Shown: positions 1 to 10,644, counted from the stretch's first letter. The stretch is 64,000 nt of DNA from a bacterium (GCA_965233585.1 CBDDTI010000745.1:480001-544000), one strand, 5' to 3'. Numbers and translations are program-made. The notes: generated by a model from the sequence alone, not told the origin.

Positions 1-1441
1 GATAGGGTTGCAAAATCATGCACTCCATCACTTTTTTTCCGCTAATTGGTCGTTTTTTAGCGAAACTGGAAAAGGTACGCTATACAACACGTTTATATCT
101 ATTATGCCGGGTATTGGACAAGCGATACAAAATACAGCTGCACTTTCTTCCTCTTTTTTACAATTCCTCACTTTTCTTATCATACCTTTCAGTATTTCAT
201 GGCAAATGAGTAGCATTGCTGTTCTCTGTGGTTTGGTTGCAAGTATGCCCATTACATTCATCAGCAAATTGAGTTACAAAATAGGTATCAAAAGCGCTCA
301 ATTGGGAAACGATCGCTCGTCATCTTTAGAAGAATTGCTAGGAGGTTCAAAGATTGTGCTAGGCTACGGTAAAGTCAAACTTTTCACTAGCCATTACCTA
401 CAAAAATATAAAGACTTGTTGAATTTAGAATTAAACCGTGACACAGCAAATGTAGGAGTTGGATTGATGTACGAACCACTAGCTCTTATCTCCTTGATGA
501 TAGCAATTTTTTTGGCTCTCCGTTGGAATTATGCTGTTTCAGAAATTGCGATTGCTTTTTTTTCGCTAAAACATGCACTGGATCATTTCAAAACAATACT
601 TCACAATAAAAATGCACTTGCAGGAATGCGTGGATGCTACATCCAGTATCAAAAACTGGCACGAAAGGCTCAGACATTCAAACAAAAGACGGGAAGTATC
701 CCTTTTTCTTCTTTTCAAAAATCTATTATTTTTCAAGACCTTTCATTCTCCTATCCTAGTACCGATACAGGTGTCAAGAACATATCCATCAATATTCTCA
801 AAGGAAAAACAATCGCTTTGATTGGAAGTTCAGGTGCAGGAAAATCTACAATAATTGACTTATTGATTGGTTTTTATGAACCTTCTCAAGGTGCTGTTTT
901 GGTTGATGGAACTCCTTTACATGATTTTGACATTGCATCGTATCGCCAAAAACTAGGATACGTCCCGCAAGACCCAGTTTTATTGAACAGGAGTATTAAA
1001 GACAATTTACTCTGGGTCAAAGAAGATGCAACAGATCAAGAATTACTTGACGCTTGCCGAAAAGCCAATGTCATGGAGTTCATGGACAAACTAGAACAAG
1101 GTATGGATACCATAATTGGAGACAGGGGGGTCAGGCTTTCAGGGGGTCAATGCCAGCGGATTGCATTAGCAAGAGCCTTAGTCGTTCAACCTCAACTTTT
1201 AATATTAGATGAAGCAACAAGTGCATTGGATACAGAATCTGAACGTTTCATTCAAAATTCTATTGAGGAACTTTCAAGCAGCACAACTATCGTAATCATT
1301 GCCCATAGACTCTCCACCATCACCAAAGCAGACTACATCTACGTCCTGAATGAAGGTCAAATCGTAGAGGAAGGGACCTATGAACAACTCAGGAAAGAAA
1401 GCAGCCGTTTTTCAAAAATGTTACAAATGCAAAATCTTTAA
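1..1441 (+). CDS. ABC exporter, fused permease/ATPase (MsbA/HepA-like glycan or lipid exporter); probably 5'-partial
   Basis: TM N-terminus, Walker A GSSGAGKS, LSGGQ signature, LLILDEATSALD, IAHRLST; the frame is open to the window edge. Confidence 0.9.
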   Translation, partial: IGLQNHALHHFFSANWSFFSETGKGTLYNTFISIMPGIGQAIQNTAALSSSFLQFLTFLIIPFSISWQMSSIAVLCGLVASMPITFISKLSYKIGIKSAQLGNDRSSSLEELLGGSKIVLGYGKVKLFTSHYLQKYKDLLNLELNRDTANVGVGLMYEPLALISLMIAIFLALRWNYAVSEIAIAFFSLKHALDHFKTILHNKNALAGMRGCYIQYQKLARKAQTFKQKTGSIPFSSFQKSIIFQDLSFSYPSTDTGVKNISINILKGKTIALIGSSGAGKSTIIDLLIGFYEPSQGAVLVDGTPLHDFDIASYRQKLGYVPQDPVLLNRSIKDNLLWVKEDATDQELLDACRKANVMEFMDKLEQGMDTIIGDRGVRLSGGQCQRIALARALVVQPQLLILDEATSALDTESERFIQNSIEELSSSTTIVIIAHRLSTITKADYIYVLNEGQIVEEGTYEQLRKESSRFSKMLQMQNL

Positions 1442-1467
1442 CTAACCCACTAAAAATAAAGGTTTCG

Positions 1468-2052
1468 ATGATTGATTTTTCTCAACCTGTCAACTTATAT
1501 TTGGAGAAACTTAACAAATCTCTCCATCTCATTTCACAACAAGAGATCAATGTTTTTTATGACCTAATTTTGCAAGCCTACCAACAACAAAAACAGATTT
1601 TTGTGATGGGAAATGGAGGGAGTGCGTCAACCGCCTCGCATATGGCATGTGACTTCAATAAGGGCATGTCTTACAGGCAATCACAAAAATTCAGAATGAT
1701 TTGCTTAAATGACAATATCCCAACTATGATGGCACTCTCAAATGATGTTGGTTATCACGTTGTTTTTTTAGAGCAGCTCAAAAACTTGATGAACGAGGGG
1801 GATATGGTCATTGGAATTTCAGGAAGTGGCAACTCAGAAAATGTCATTCAAGCCATTCAATATGCCAACCAACACCGTGGCATCACCGTTGGAATTTGTG
1901 GTTACGATGGTGGAAAATTGAAAGAGTTTGCAAAATATCCTGTACATATTCCTGTCAATGATATGCAAATCGTAGAAGATATTCATCTCGTCATTAACCA
2001 CATGACAATGAGAGTCATTGGTCAACATCTTGGGTCCACTGGCTGTTGTTAA
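1468..2052 (+). CDS. gmhA: Phosphoheptose isomerase (SIS domain)
   Basis: GNGGSASTASH, ALSNDVGY, ISGSGNSENV, GYDGGKL motifs. Confidence 0.85.
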   Translation: MIDFSQPVNLYLEKLNKSLHLISQQEINVFYDLILQAYQQQKQIFVMGNGGSASTASHMACDFNKGMSYRQSQKFRMICLNDNIPTMMALSNDVGYHVVFLEQLKNLMNEGDMVIGISGSGNSENVIQAIQYANQHRGITVGICGYDGGKLKEFAKYPVHIPVNDMQIVEDIHLVINHMTMRVIGQHLGSTGCC

Positions 2053-2720
2053 AAACTCACTCCAAGATAAAGCCCGCGATAGTAAAAGGAATGAAGAGCA
2101 TAATAGTTAAAGGCGTCTCCTGATTTTAAAGTATAGACAACTTCTTGCTGAAATTTGCCATACCTGAGTCCAACAAGAAAATGATCTAGCACCTCATAGG
2201 TTGCTTCAAGTGCAATCAGTCCATAATCCTTATCTAAAATTTTCTTATTTTGTCCCACTTGTAGTGTTGATCTGCCTTGAGACGGGGAACTCCCTTGCAC
2301 TATAAAAGTCCAATGATTGACACGAATTGAATATCCTACACTCCCCAAATATCCAGAGGCTGTGTAGCGGTATTTGACCGTTTCGTTTGTTTCTACTCCC
2401 ACTCCTCCCCTCAAACTCACTAATTTAGTTGACAAGCTAGCAGATAAATCCATGTAAAAATCAGAAACTCCTATGACAAGTCCATGATTTTCTCCGAAGA
2501 TGTATGACAAGGACGTCAGATACGCCTTGCCTCTCAAAACACCATTGACTTCTGAATGACTATCTCTAATGGTTTGTACGTAACTAAAAGCCTCCCCTTG
2601 AAAAATACTGAACCTTGCTTCTGAATGTGCAAAATAAGGACTCAAAACAATCGTCAAAAATATTAAAAACTTAGGTAAACTTCTCTTGAGCCATTCAAAA
2701 GATGATAGTGCTGTCCCCAT
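2049..2720 (-). CDS. Hypothetical exported protein, probable outer-membrane beta-barrel
   Basis: Signal-peptide-like segment ending AHS-E, amphipathic strands, C-terminal YLGVSF; start uncertain because the ORF-track start at 2795 overlaps queA by about 100 bp. Confidence 0.55.
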   Translation of the reverse strand: MGTALSSFEWLKRSLPKFLIFLTIVLSPYFAHSEARFSIFQGEAFSYVQTIRDSHSEVNGVLRGKAYLTSLSYIFGENHGLVIGVSDFYMDLSASLSTKLVSLRGGVGVETNETVKYRYTASGYLGSVGYSIRVNHWTFIVQGSSPSQGRSTLQVGQNKKILDKDYGLIALEATYEVLDHFLVGLRYGKFQQEVVYTLKSGDAFNYYALHSFYYRGLYLGVSF

Positions 2721-3738
2721 AGCTAAAAAAACGATACCCTTCATGGATTGCGGTCTGATATGCAGAAAATGTCTTTTCCTTACCATAAAACGCACAAATG
2801 AGCAGAAACAATGTGGATTTGGGCATGTGAAAATTGGTAATGATACCCTGTGTCCAATGAAATTGATAAGGGGGGTAAATATACAAATTAGTCCAGCCCG
2901 AACGTGATAGTTCTCGTTGCTTTGCCAAAGTCTCTAAAACACGCAATGATGTTGTGCCAACTGCAATGACCCGTTTTCTTTCTGCTATGGCTTCCTGAAG
3001 TTGCTCAAAGGCATCTTGTGTAATTTCAAAATATTCTGAGTGCATCTGATGCTGTCTAATATCTAAACAACGGATTGGTGAAAATGTCCCAAATCCTACA
3101 TGTAAGGTGACTTCAATGACTGGAATATGACGTTTTTTAACTCGTTCTAGGAGAGAAGAGGTAAAATGCAGACCGGCTGTCGGAGCCGCAACCGCACCGC
3201 GACTTTTAGCAAAACATGTCTGATAGGATTCACGATGGCTCGCTGCCTCTGTATTTTCTATGTACGGGGGTAACGGAACAACCCCATATTTTTCAAGTTT
3301 TTTCTCCAAACATTCTGGATTTTCAAATTCTAATAGATGCGTATCACTCCCTGATTGCTCCAGCAATTTTGCACGTATCTGCCCGCCTGCAAACTCCAAT
3401 ATCTCACCTTTTTTAATTCGTTTGGAACGTCTAATCAGTGCCTCCCACACCCCCTCCTTAACGGAATGCGAAAGTAATGCCTCTATTTGACCACCACTGG
3501 GACGTTTTCCAATCAAACGTGCCGGCAAAACCCGTGTGTTATTGACAATTAAAACCGTCTCTTTCGGTAAAATCTCTGGCAAGTCATAAAAATGAAAATG
3601 CTCTTGACTGTGATTTTGTAAAGAAAGTTTTAAAAGTTTGGAATGGTCTCTTGGAAAACAGGGAGTTTGGGCGACAACATTCGTAGGAATCTCAAGATGG
3701 TATGAATTGATGTGATACTCTTCGGGAATCTTTGACAT
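2695..3738 (-). CDS. queA: S-adenosylmethionine:tRNA ribosyltransferase-isomerase
   Basis: NNTRVLPARL, PLPPYI, AAPTAGLHF, VGTTSLR, TNFH, YRFFSYGD. Confidence 0.97.
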   Translation of the reverse strand: MSKIPEEYHINSYHLEIPTNVVAQTPCFPRDHSKLLKLSLQNHSQEHFHFYDLPEILPKETVLIVNNTRVLPARLIGKRPSGGQIEALLSHSVKEGVWEALIRRSKRIKKGEILEFAGGQIRAKLLEQSGSDTHLLEFENPECLEKKLEKYGVVPLPPYIENTEAASHRESYQTCFAKSRGAVAAPTAGLHFTSSLLERVKKRHIPVIEVTLHVGFGTFSPIRCLDIRQHQMHSEYFEITQDAFEQLQEAIAERKRVIAVGTTSLRVLETLAKQRELSRSGWTNLYIYPPYQFHWTQGIITNFHMPKSTLFLLICAFYGKEKTFSAYQTAIHEGYRFFSYGDSTIIF

Positions 3739-3750
3739 CTACAAATCATT

Positions 3751-4899
3751 TTAAGAAAGTCTCATTTTATAATCTTCAAAATGAAATTGACGTACTACTT
3801 CCAAATCTCCTCGTTCTGTATAAATTGCAATAGATGGCATCGCAACACCATTAAATATAGTATTTTTGACCATTGTGTAATGGAGCATGTCTTCAAAAAT
3901 CAGGCAATCGCCAACTTGCAAAGGATTTTGGAACGAATAATCCCCAATCACATCACCAGCCAAACAAGTATTGCCTGCCAAGCGATATTGATGCGTAAAC
4001 TCCTCTGCTTGCCCTGCTGAATGGACATCAGGACGATACGGCATTTCTAAAACATCAGGCATGTGTGCAGAGGCAGACACATCAAGAATAGCAATCTTTT
4101 TCTCGTTTTCAACAATATCCAAAACAGACCCAACTAGTACCCCTGCATTCAATGCAAATGCTTCACCGGGTTCTAAAATGATCTTCACCTCATATTCATC
4201 GGCAAAGTTTTTTAAAATTTGACAAAGACTTTCACGGTCATAATTTGTTGCAGTGATCTGATGACCTCCTCCCAAATTCAACCATGAAATTTGCTGAAGT
4301 AACCAAGCATGCTTTTGTTCTAAAAGAGTCAGTGTTTTTTGGAGAGAAGGAAACTGCCCTCCACAATGGTTGTGAATATGAATGCCTGTTAAGCCCTGAT
4401 TTAGCAATCCCTTAAGGATTTCTGTCGTCAAACTGGACAAAGGCACTCCCAACCTTGAAAATTTAGCACAAGGGTCATACATTTCTGTCTCAACTTCAGA
4501 ATACTGCGGGTTGATACGGATGCCACAGGAGACTTTAGACTTCAAAGCAGTTGGTGCAAAAGTTTGAAATTGAGAAAGAGAATTGAATGTTACGTGACTT
4601 GCGTATTTTAGAATCTGTTCAAATTCACTTCTTTTGTAACCGGGCGAATAAACGTGAACTTTGTGACCAAACCCTTCAAAACCCAACCTTGCCTCATTAA
4701 GAGAGCTTGCTGTGGTGGTCGTAATATATTTTTTGATTAAAGGAAACAAGCTAAACATGGCAAATCCCTTTAAAGCAAGAATCATCTCACAGCCACTTTG
4801 CTTCTGAACACGAGCTAAAACTTCCAGATTTTGCCTAAGCTTTGCTTCTTCACAAATGTAAAGAGGAGTTTGTTTTGCTAGGTTTTCTTTGAAAATCAT
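3751..4899 (-). CDS. nspC: Carboxynorspermidine/carboxyspermidine decarboxylase
   Basis: LALKGF (PLP Lys), YDPC..SRLG, EPGEA, HMPDVLEMPYRP, CLAGD, HYTMVKN..FNG. Confidence 0.95.
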   Translation of the reverse strand: MIFKENLAKQTPLYICEEAKLRQNLEVLARVQKQSGCEMILALKGFAMFSLFPLIKKYITTTTASSLNEARLGFEGFGHKVHVYSPGYKRSEFEQILKYASHVTFNSLSQFQTFAPTALKSKVSCGIRINPQYSEVETEMYDPCAKFSRLGVPLSSLTTEILKGLLNQGLTGIHIHNHCGGQFPSLQKTLTLLEQKHAWLLQQISWLNLGGGHQITATNYDRESLCQILKNFADEYEVKIILEPGEAFALNAGVLVGSVLDIVENEKKIAILDVSASAHMPDVLEMPYRPDVHSAGQAEEFTHQYRLAGNTCLAGDVIGDYSFQNPLQVGDCLIFEDMLHYTMVKNTIFNGVAMPSIAIYTERGDLEVVRQFHFEDYKMRLS

Positions 4900-4928
4900 T
4901 GGGATTGCTGGTGACGAAGGAAGATTAA

Positions 4929-5660
4929 TTAAATGTCTGTTCTTTTAAAGAAAAACTCAGGTATTACCCTAATGAGGGACATGATCCCAAACCAGAACCA
5001 TTTAGTGTAGATAATATCTTTTTTCTTTTGTTGTGCCTGATAAATATCCATTGCCACTTCCTCTGGAAGTGCTGTTAATTTTTTTGGCAACTTCATGTGT
5101 TGTGTCATTTGTGTTGCAACAAACCCTGGCTTCACAGTTAAAACGTGAACACTAGATTTGTAAAGTCTATTTCTTAAGCCCGATAAGTAAACCTCCAAAC
5201 CAGATTTCGCTGAACCATAACAATAATTACTTGCTCGTCCTCTATCACCCGCCACAGACCCCAATCCGACAATAAAACCAGATTTTTTCGCTAAAAAATC
5301 ATTAGCAACAATGCTCAATAGGCTAACTACCCCTGTATAATTAGTATCTATAATTTTTTGAACTTCTCCAAAATCAGTTTCAGCTTTTTTTTGATCTCCA
5401 AGATATCCAACACAACAAATTATCCCCAAAGGTTTTTCTTCTAAAGATTCATAAAATTGCTGGTGTGATTGATAGTCTAAAATATCCAATTCCAAGCATT
5501 GAACACAGCTGTCAAAACGTATAGAAATATCTTTCGCAAATTTTTGTAAAGAATTGCTGTTTCTTGCAGCTAAATAAAGATCATAACCTTCTTTTGCATA
5601 TTTTATTGCAAGAGCTTTAGCTATATCACTTTTTGCTCCAATAATTAAGATGAACTTCAT
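4929..5660 (-). CDS. SDR oxidoreductase, DprE2-like (polyprenyl-phospho-2-ketopentose reductase)
   Basis: GAKSDIA, SVAGDRGRASNYCYGSAK, KPGFV; directly downstream of the DprE1-like gene. Confidence 0.85.
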   Translation of the reverse strand: MKFILIIGAKSDIAKALAIKYAKEGYDLYLAARNSNSLQKFAKDISIRFDSCVQCLELDILDYQSHQQFYESLEEKPLGIICCVGYLGDQKKAETDFGEVQKIIDTNYTGVVSLLSIVANDFLAKKSGFIVGLGSVAGDRGRASNYCYGSAKSGLEVYLSGLRNRLYKSSVHVLTVKPGFVATQMTQHMKLPKKLTALPEEVAMDIYQAQQKKKDIIYTKWFWFGIMSLIRVIPEFFFKRTDI

Positions 5661-6955
5661 ATATCTAAACGGATTGATTGTAACGAGTTGAACTTTTCAT
5701 TCATGGAGTATTTTTTTCTTATTTTTCTAAATTGATTAATTTCAGGATAACCTTGTTCAAAAACCTCTTGACTCACACGAGAGTCCTTAGACAAATAGAT
5801 ACGACCTCTATACTTTACAACGATTTTATCTAAACGATTTAGCAATTCAAAAATTCCTGTTTCCATTTTAAAATCTAAGGCTAAGCTGTATCCTTTCATT
5901 GGAAAAGATAAGTAATTTTGATTTGCTTCACCGTAAAGTTTAAGAACAGCTAAAAACGACCCCTTCCCAGATTTTGAAATTTCTTTTAGTATTTGTTCTA
6001 ATCCTATGAAACTAGCATCTTTTGGTAAAATAAATTGGTATTGTATAAAACCATTCTTGCCATAAATTCTATTCCAATGAGCAATAGAATCTAAAGGAAA
6101 AAAGAATTTATCTATGTCAATTTTTTGATTTGATATAGGTGTCTCCATTCTAGAGTAATACAAATAATTAAAAGCTTTCACTGTCAATGAATTTAGAAAA
6201 AAAGAAGAGAAATAAAATGGGATGCTGATCTTTTTTTTCACTTGATAATCCAATACACCATCACTACTAAAATCACCTACCATTAACAAACACCTTCCTA
6301 GATTAAAGCCCTTTGCCAAACAGTCAATCCATGCAACAGAATAAGACGCATTCTTATATTTTTCAAATGCCTCAAATGTCTCCTTTAAATTTTCAGTTTT
6401 GATTGTTTGTTGGTTAATATACTTTGACTGAATTTTTGTAAGTTGAATCTTAGCATCAAGAATAACACCAGTTAAGCCCATACCTCCACAGGTTGCAAGA
6501 AATAGCTCTAAGTTTTCTTTTCTGCTACATCTAACAACACTTCCGTCTGGCAACATGAGATGAAACATCTCCACGCACTCACTAAAACAGCCTTCTCTGT
6601 GATGATTTTTACCATGAATATCACTAGCGATTGCCCCTCCGATAGTAACAAATTTTGTGCCTGGTACAATTTTTAAAAACCAACCCTTTGAAATAAAACT
6701 ATCAAGAATTTCCGAAAGTAAAACACCAGACTGAACATGTAATATTCCAGAAAGTTTATCAAACTCAAGAAATAATTTATTCGGTCTCATTTGAATCTGT
6801 TTTTTACTTAATGCACTATCTCCATAACTTCTACCATAACCATAAGAGATAAGATTATGATTTTTTTTAATAATGCAACTTAAATCTTGATAATTATTAA
6901 AGTTTAGAATTTGACTATTAATTTTGGGATAATTACCCCAACTTTTTAAGGACAT
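5657..6955 (-). CDS. FAD-dependent oxidoreductase, DprE1-like (polyprenyl-phosphoribose 2'-oxidase)
   Basis: GRSYGD, PGTKFVTIGGAIASDIHGKNHH, GGMGLTG, WNRIYG..GFIQYQ, GRIYLSKDS. Confidence 0.9.
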   Translation of the reverse strand: MSLKSWGNYPKINSQILNFNNYQDLSCIIKKNHNLISYGYGRSYGDSALSKKQIQMRPNKLFLEFDKLSGILHVQSGVLLSEILDSFISKGWFLKIVPGTKFVTIGGAIASDIHGKNHHREGCFSECVEMFHLMLPDGSVVRCSRKENLELFLATCGGMGLTGVILDAKIQLTKIQSKYINQQTIKTENLKETFEAFEKYKNASYSVAWIDCLAKGFNLGRCLLMVGDFSSDGVLDYQVKKKISIPFYFSSFFLNSLTVKAFNYLYYSRMETPISNQKIDIDKFFFPLDSIAHWNRIYGKNGFIQYQFILPKDASFIGLEQILKEISKSGKGSFLAVLKLYGEANQNYLSFPMKGYSLALDFKMETGIFELLNRLDKIVVKYRGRIYLSKDSRVSQEVFEQGYPEINQFRKIRKKYSMNEKFNSLQSIRLDI

Positions 6956-6962
6956 AACACTT

Positions 6963-7853
6963 TTAAAAATAAATAATAAATGTGAAAGAAACTACCCATA
7001 GCATTAAATTAATTTGTGTAAATCTATCATAAAATAAAATTTTTACAGGAGAGGCACTTTTTTCTTGTACAAAAGTTATTTGGAGATAATTCATAAATCC
7101 TAAAATAACAAAAAATGATGTTAAATATAGGTATTGATGTTTTACATTTAGCAAAACATCATTTGAAATAGTATAAATAATATAAGAAATGATTGTAACC
7201 GATGCTGAAATACTTATAAGTGAGTCAATAAATTTTAAATTATAACCATTTAAAGAAACTCTTATTTGTTCATTGCTTTTTAAAAAATAAACAACATCAT
7301 CTCTACGTTTTGTTAATGCTAAAAATAAAGAAAGCAAGAAAGTCATAATCACAATCCATTTGGACAAATCCACAGAAGATACTAATGACCCAACAAAAAG
7401 CCTTAAAATAAATCCAATAGCAATTATTGTAATATCCAACAAAGCTATTCTTTTTAAATAATAGCTGTATAAAAAATTTAACACAACGTAACCAATAAAC
7501 AATATCAATACTTCATATGATAGAAATATCCCTGTAATAGTTAAGCTAATAGTGAGTATTAAAAAAGAACAACTTAATGCTAAGCGTATAGAAATTTGAC
7601 CAGATACTAAAGGGCGATATTTTTTAATAGGATGTAATTGATCTGAATCAATATCACAATAATCATTAAAAATATAAATAGCACTTGCTACCAGAGAAAA
7701 TAAAACAAATGCCATTCCAACATTGAAGATAGATTCAAATACAACTATTTGACCACTAAAAAACACGGGAACAATAATAAATACATTTTTAGAATAATGA
7801 GAAACTCTCATTATTCTAAGTAAAGGTTTTAAAGTATCTTTTGACTTTTTCAT
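6963..7853 (-). CDS. UbiA-family polyprenyl-phosphate phosphoribosyltransferase (DPPR synthase/NoeC-like)
   Basis: R..HYSKN, YIFNDYCDIDSDQLHPIKKYRPLVSG, LALTKRR; multi-TM. Confidence 0.88.
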   Translation of the reverse strand: MKKSKDTLKPLLRIMRVSHYSKNVFIIVPVFFSGQIVVFESIFNVGMAFVLFSLVASAIYIFNDYCDIDSDQLHPIKKYRPLVSGQISIRLALSCSFLILTISLTITGIFLSYEVLILFIGYVVLNFLYSYYLKRIALLDITIIAIGFILRLFVGSLVSSVDLSKWIVIMTFLLSLFLALTKRRDDVVYFLKSNEQIRVSLNGYNLKFIDSLISISASVTIISYIIYTISNDVLLNVKHQYLYLTSFFVILGFMNYLQITFVQEKSASPVKILFYDRFTQINLMLWVVSFTFIIYF

Positions 7854-7906
7854 AACATCAACACACCATATTTACTTTTCAATTTAGGATATTTTGAATT
7901 AGGGAT

Positions 7907-9394
7907 TTAATAGTCATAATTCGGAAAACATTGATTTTCTATCAACCCAAATTGTACAGACACTAAAAAAGGATTTGTAATTTGAGGTCTATCACCAGGC
8001 AGAATATTTTTTATACGGTAATATTTATCTTTTTTTATATCTAGTGTATTTGATTCTTGAAAACATCTAGAGACATCCTTATAAAGTTGTAAAATTTCCT
8101 CATATCTATCATCATTTATAGATCCTTGATATGTTTTAATTAGGTAAACATATTGTCCTTTGTCTATTGATAATCTAGATTTCACGTTGGATACGTAATA
8201 AGTTTTATAATTTTTACTACTAAAATGAAAGTATATCGTAGGATCATATGTTACAATTATTTTATTTTTTGAGTTCCCTATCAATTGGAATAATTCAAAT
8301 ATTGGCAAATTATAAGAATTTTTTCCTGTATTTGACCTTGTAACTAAGTTTATTACCGAAACTACTGATAGTAGCAACGCAGAAACAAAACATATTTTTC
8401 TAAAGGTAGCTTGTTTAACACAAGAAAAAAAGTAAGATATTGTGAAGTAAAAAGGTACTGAAAGCGAGATACTATTGCGATATTTTCCTCCAATGCCTGA
8501 TATAATCATCAACAAAGACATAACTAAAATTAAAATCAAACTTTGTGTGATGACCAAAGGTCTATTTTGACTATAATTTGATAGTCCTGATATTACAACT
8601 AAAAAAATTAATATTACAAAAGCAAAAAAATATGGATTTGCTATAAAAACACTACCTCCATTTACTATTCCATAAGCAACATTGAATATAGAACTTAATA
8701 AGCTAGAAGTTTGACCCTGATTATTATTGAGATGAATGTCAAAAAAAATATATATCTGATAAGAACATAAAAAAATATATAAAATGGATAAAATTAAAAT
8801 ATTGTGGATAGTTAAATCATATCTTCTTACAAATAAAAAAAGAAAAAATAGAGATATTAAAAGAATAAAAGTTAAGTAGCTAATGTATGTCATCAGAGAC
8901 AAAATAACCCCTATAACAATAATATTTTTAGGTTTCAGATATTGATTTTTTAGTAAATATACATATAGCACGATAAAGAGAGCCACCCAATAGGAGTACC
9001 ATCTCATGCTATTCGTCCATAGTAGCAATCCCCCATTTAAAAAAGTAAAAATCAGAAGTAAAATTTTTGCATCATTACCTTTCAATTTATTTTCTGAAAA
9101 ATTATAAAAATAACAAATTGCACTAATGTTACAAAACATGGAAAACACTAAAATAGCTTTGTAAGACGAAAACAATTCATATATTAGCTTGTTTAAGATA
9201 TAAGATAATGGAGGGTGAACATCAGATTTTTGGAGATAAATCAACATATCACTCCAAGATTGTGATATGACTTGAATGTTAAAAACTTCATCGTCATAGT
9301 AGTGATGACGAAAGAAAATGATGGAACACGAAACCGATAAGTAAAGCGAAGCTCCTACGAACAGTAGTTTCTTAGGAGAAAGTGTAGGGACCAT
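7907..9394 (-). CDS. GT-C superfamily polytopic membrane glycosyltransferase (ArnT/PMT-like)
   Basis: YYDDE after TM1, DVHPPLSY, RWYS motifs, many TM segments; start moved to ATG 9394. Confidence 0.75.
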   Translation of the reverse strand: MVPTLSPKKLLFVGASLYLSVSCSIIFFRHHYYDDEVFNIQVISQSWSDMLIYLQKSDVHPPLSYILNKLIYELFSSYKAILVFSMFCNISAICYFYNFSENKLKGNDAKILLLIFTFLNGGLLLWTNSMRWYSYWVALFIVLYVYLLKNQYLKPKNIIVIGVILSLMTYISYLTFILLISLFFLFLFVRRYDLTIHNILILSILYIFLCSYQIYIFFDIHLNNNQGQTSSLLSSIFNVAYGIVNGGSVFIANPYFFAFVILIFLVVISGLSNYSQNRPLVITQSLILILVMSLLMIISGIGGKYRNSISLSVPFYFTISYFFSCVKQATFRKICFVSALLLSVVSVINLVTRSNTGKNSYNLPIFELFQLIGNSKNKIIVTYDPTIYFHFSSKNYKTYYVSNVKSRLSIDKGQYVYLIKTYQGSINDDRYEEILQLYKDVSRCFQESNTLDIKKDKYYRIKNILPGDRPQITNPFLVSVQFGLIENQCFPNYDY

Positions 9395-9408
9395 TGACTT
9401 ATCGTGTC

Positions 9409-10644
9409 TCAAATATATTCTTCCACCCAAGGTAATCCGTAACGATTTAAATCCTCCATGTAGGGGTCAGGGTCAAACTCCTCCACATTATAAACTCCTG
9501 CTTGTTTCCATTGACCTTCTAGTAAAAGTTTTGCCCCAATCATCATTGGAACACCTGTTGTGTAAGAGACAGCTTGTGCCCCAAGCTCTTTAAAGCAGTC
9601 TTGGTGATTACATACATTGTAAATATACAATTTTTTCTTTTGACCATTTTTTTGCCCTTCAATCATACAACCTATGCAAGTTTTACCGACCGTTGACTCT
9701 CCCAGAGATGAAGGAGCAGGCAAGACCGCTTTGAGAAATTGCAATGGAACAATGCGATGTCCTTCATAGTTGATTGGCACGATGGAGGTCATACCAACGT
9801 CTTGCAGGACAGAAAGGAATTTGAGGTATTGGTCTGAAAAAGTCATCCAAAAACGAATCCTTTGAATTTCAGGGTAATTTTTGACCAATGATTCCAGTTC
9901 TTCATGGTAAATCAAGTACATGGAACGTTTCCCTATTTGTGGAAAATCAAAAACCTCCTTCATCTCAAAAGGCTCTGTTTCAACCCACTTGCCAGCCCCC
10001 TGATAAGGTCCTCCCTCTGCGAATTTTGCAAAACGTTTGCTTGATGGAAATTGGTCGTAATACATTCCATTTTGAGTGACCTCTCTGATGTTAATTTCAG
10101 GGTTAAAATTAGTCGCAAAAGGTTTGCCGTGGTCTCCACCATTAGCATCCATGATGTCAATATAGTCCATGGTGTCAAAGTGATGTTTTTTAGCATAAGC
10201 ACAGAAGACGCCAGTGACTCCGGGGTCAAATCCTGAACCTAAAATAGCAGTCAATCCTTTTTCACGGAATTTATCAAAATAGTCCCACTGTGTGCCATAA
10301 AAAAAGGTGGGTTTATCAGGATGTTCATAGCTTGCAGAATCAATATAATGCGTCCCTGTTTCAAGGCAAGCGTCCATGATGGTCAGATTGTGGTAAGGCA
10401 TGCCTGTATGAATCACAAGCTGGGGTTGTTGAGCCTGAAATAAAGCAACCAGTTCTCTAGTGTTGGAAGCATCTACTTGAGCAGTTGTAATATTGGGATG
10501 CCTGAGACAGCTTTTGACTTCCTCACAGCTTTCTATCCTACGGCTTGCCAAACAAATCTTTGAAAAGACATCAGGCAGTCCTGCACATTTTTTGGCTGCC
10601 ACACTTCCCACTCCACCAATCCCAATAATAACAACTGAACTCAT
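9409..10644 (-). CDS. Carboxynorspermidine dehydrogenase/synthase (saccharopine dehydrogenase family)
   Basis: IGIGGVG, GSGFDPGVT, FATNFNPEINIRE, YHEELESL, QAVSYTTGVP, EEFDPDP. Confidence 0.93.
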   Translation of the reverse strand: MSSVVIIGIGGVGSVAAKKCAGLPDVFSKICLASRRIESCEEVKSCLRHPNITTAQVDASNTRELVALFQAQQPQLVIHTGMPYHNLTIMDACLETGTHYIDSASYEHPDKPTFFYGTQWDYFDKFREKGLTAILGSGFDPGVTGVFCAYAKKHHFDTMDYIDIMDANGGDHGKPFATNFNPEINIREVTQNGMYYDQFPSSKRFAKFAEGGPYQGAGKWVETEPFEMKEVFDFPQIGKRSMYLIYHEELESLVKNYPEIQRIRFWMTFSDQYLKFLSVLQDVGMTSIVPINYEGHRIVPLQFLKAVLPAPSSLGESTVGKTCIGCMIEGQKNGQKKKLYIYNVCNHQDCFKELGAQAVSYTTGVPMMIGAKLLLEGQWKQAGVYNVEEFDPDPYMEDLNRYGLPWVEEYI

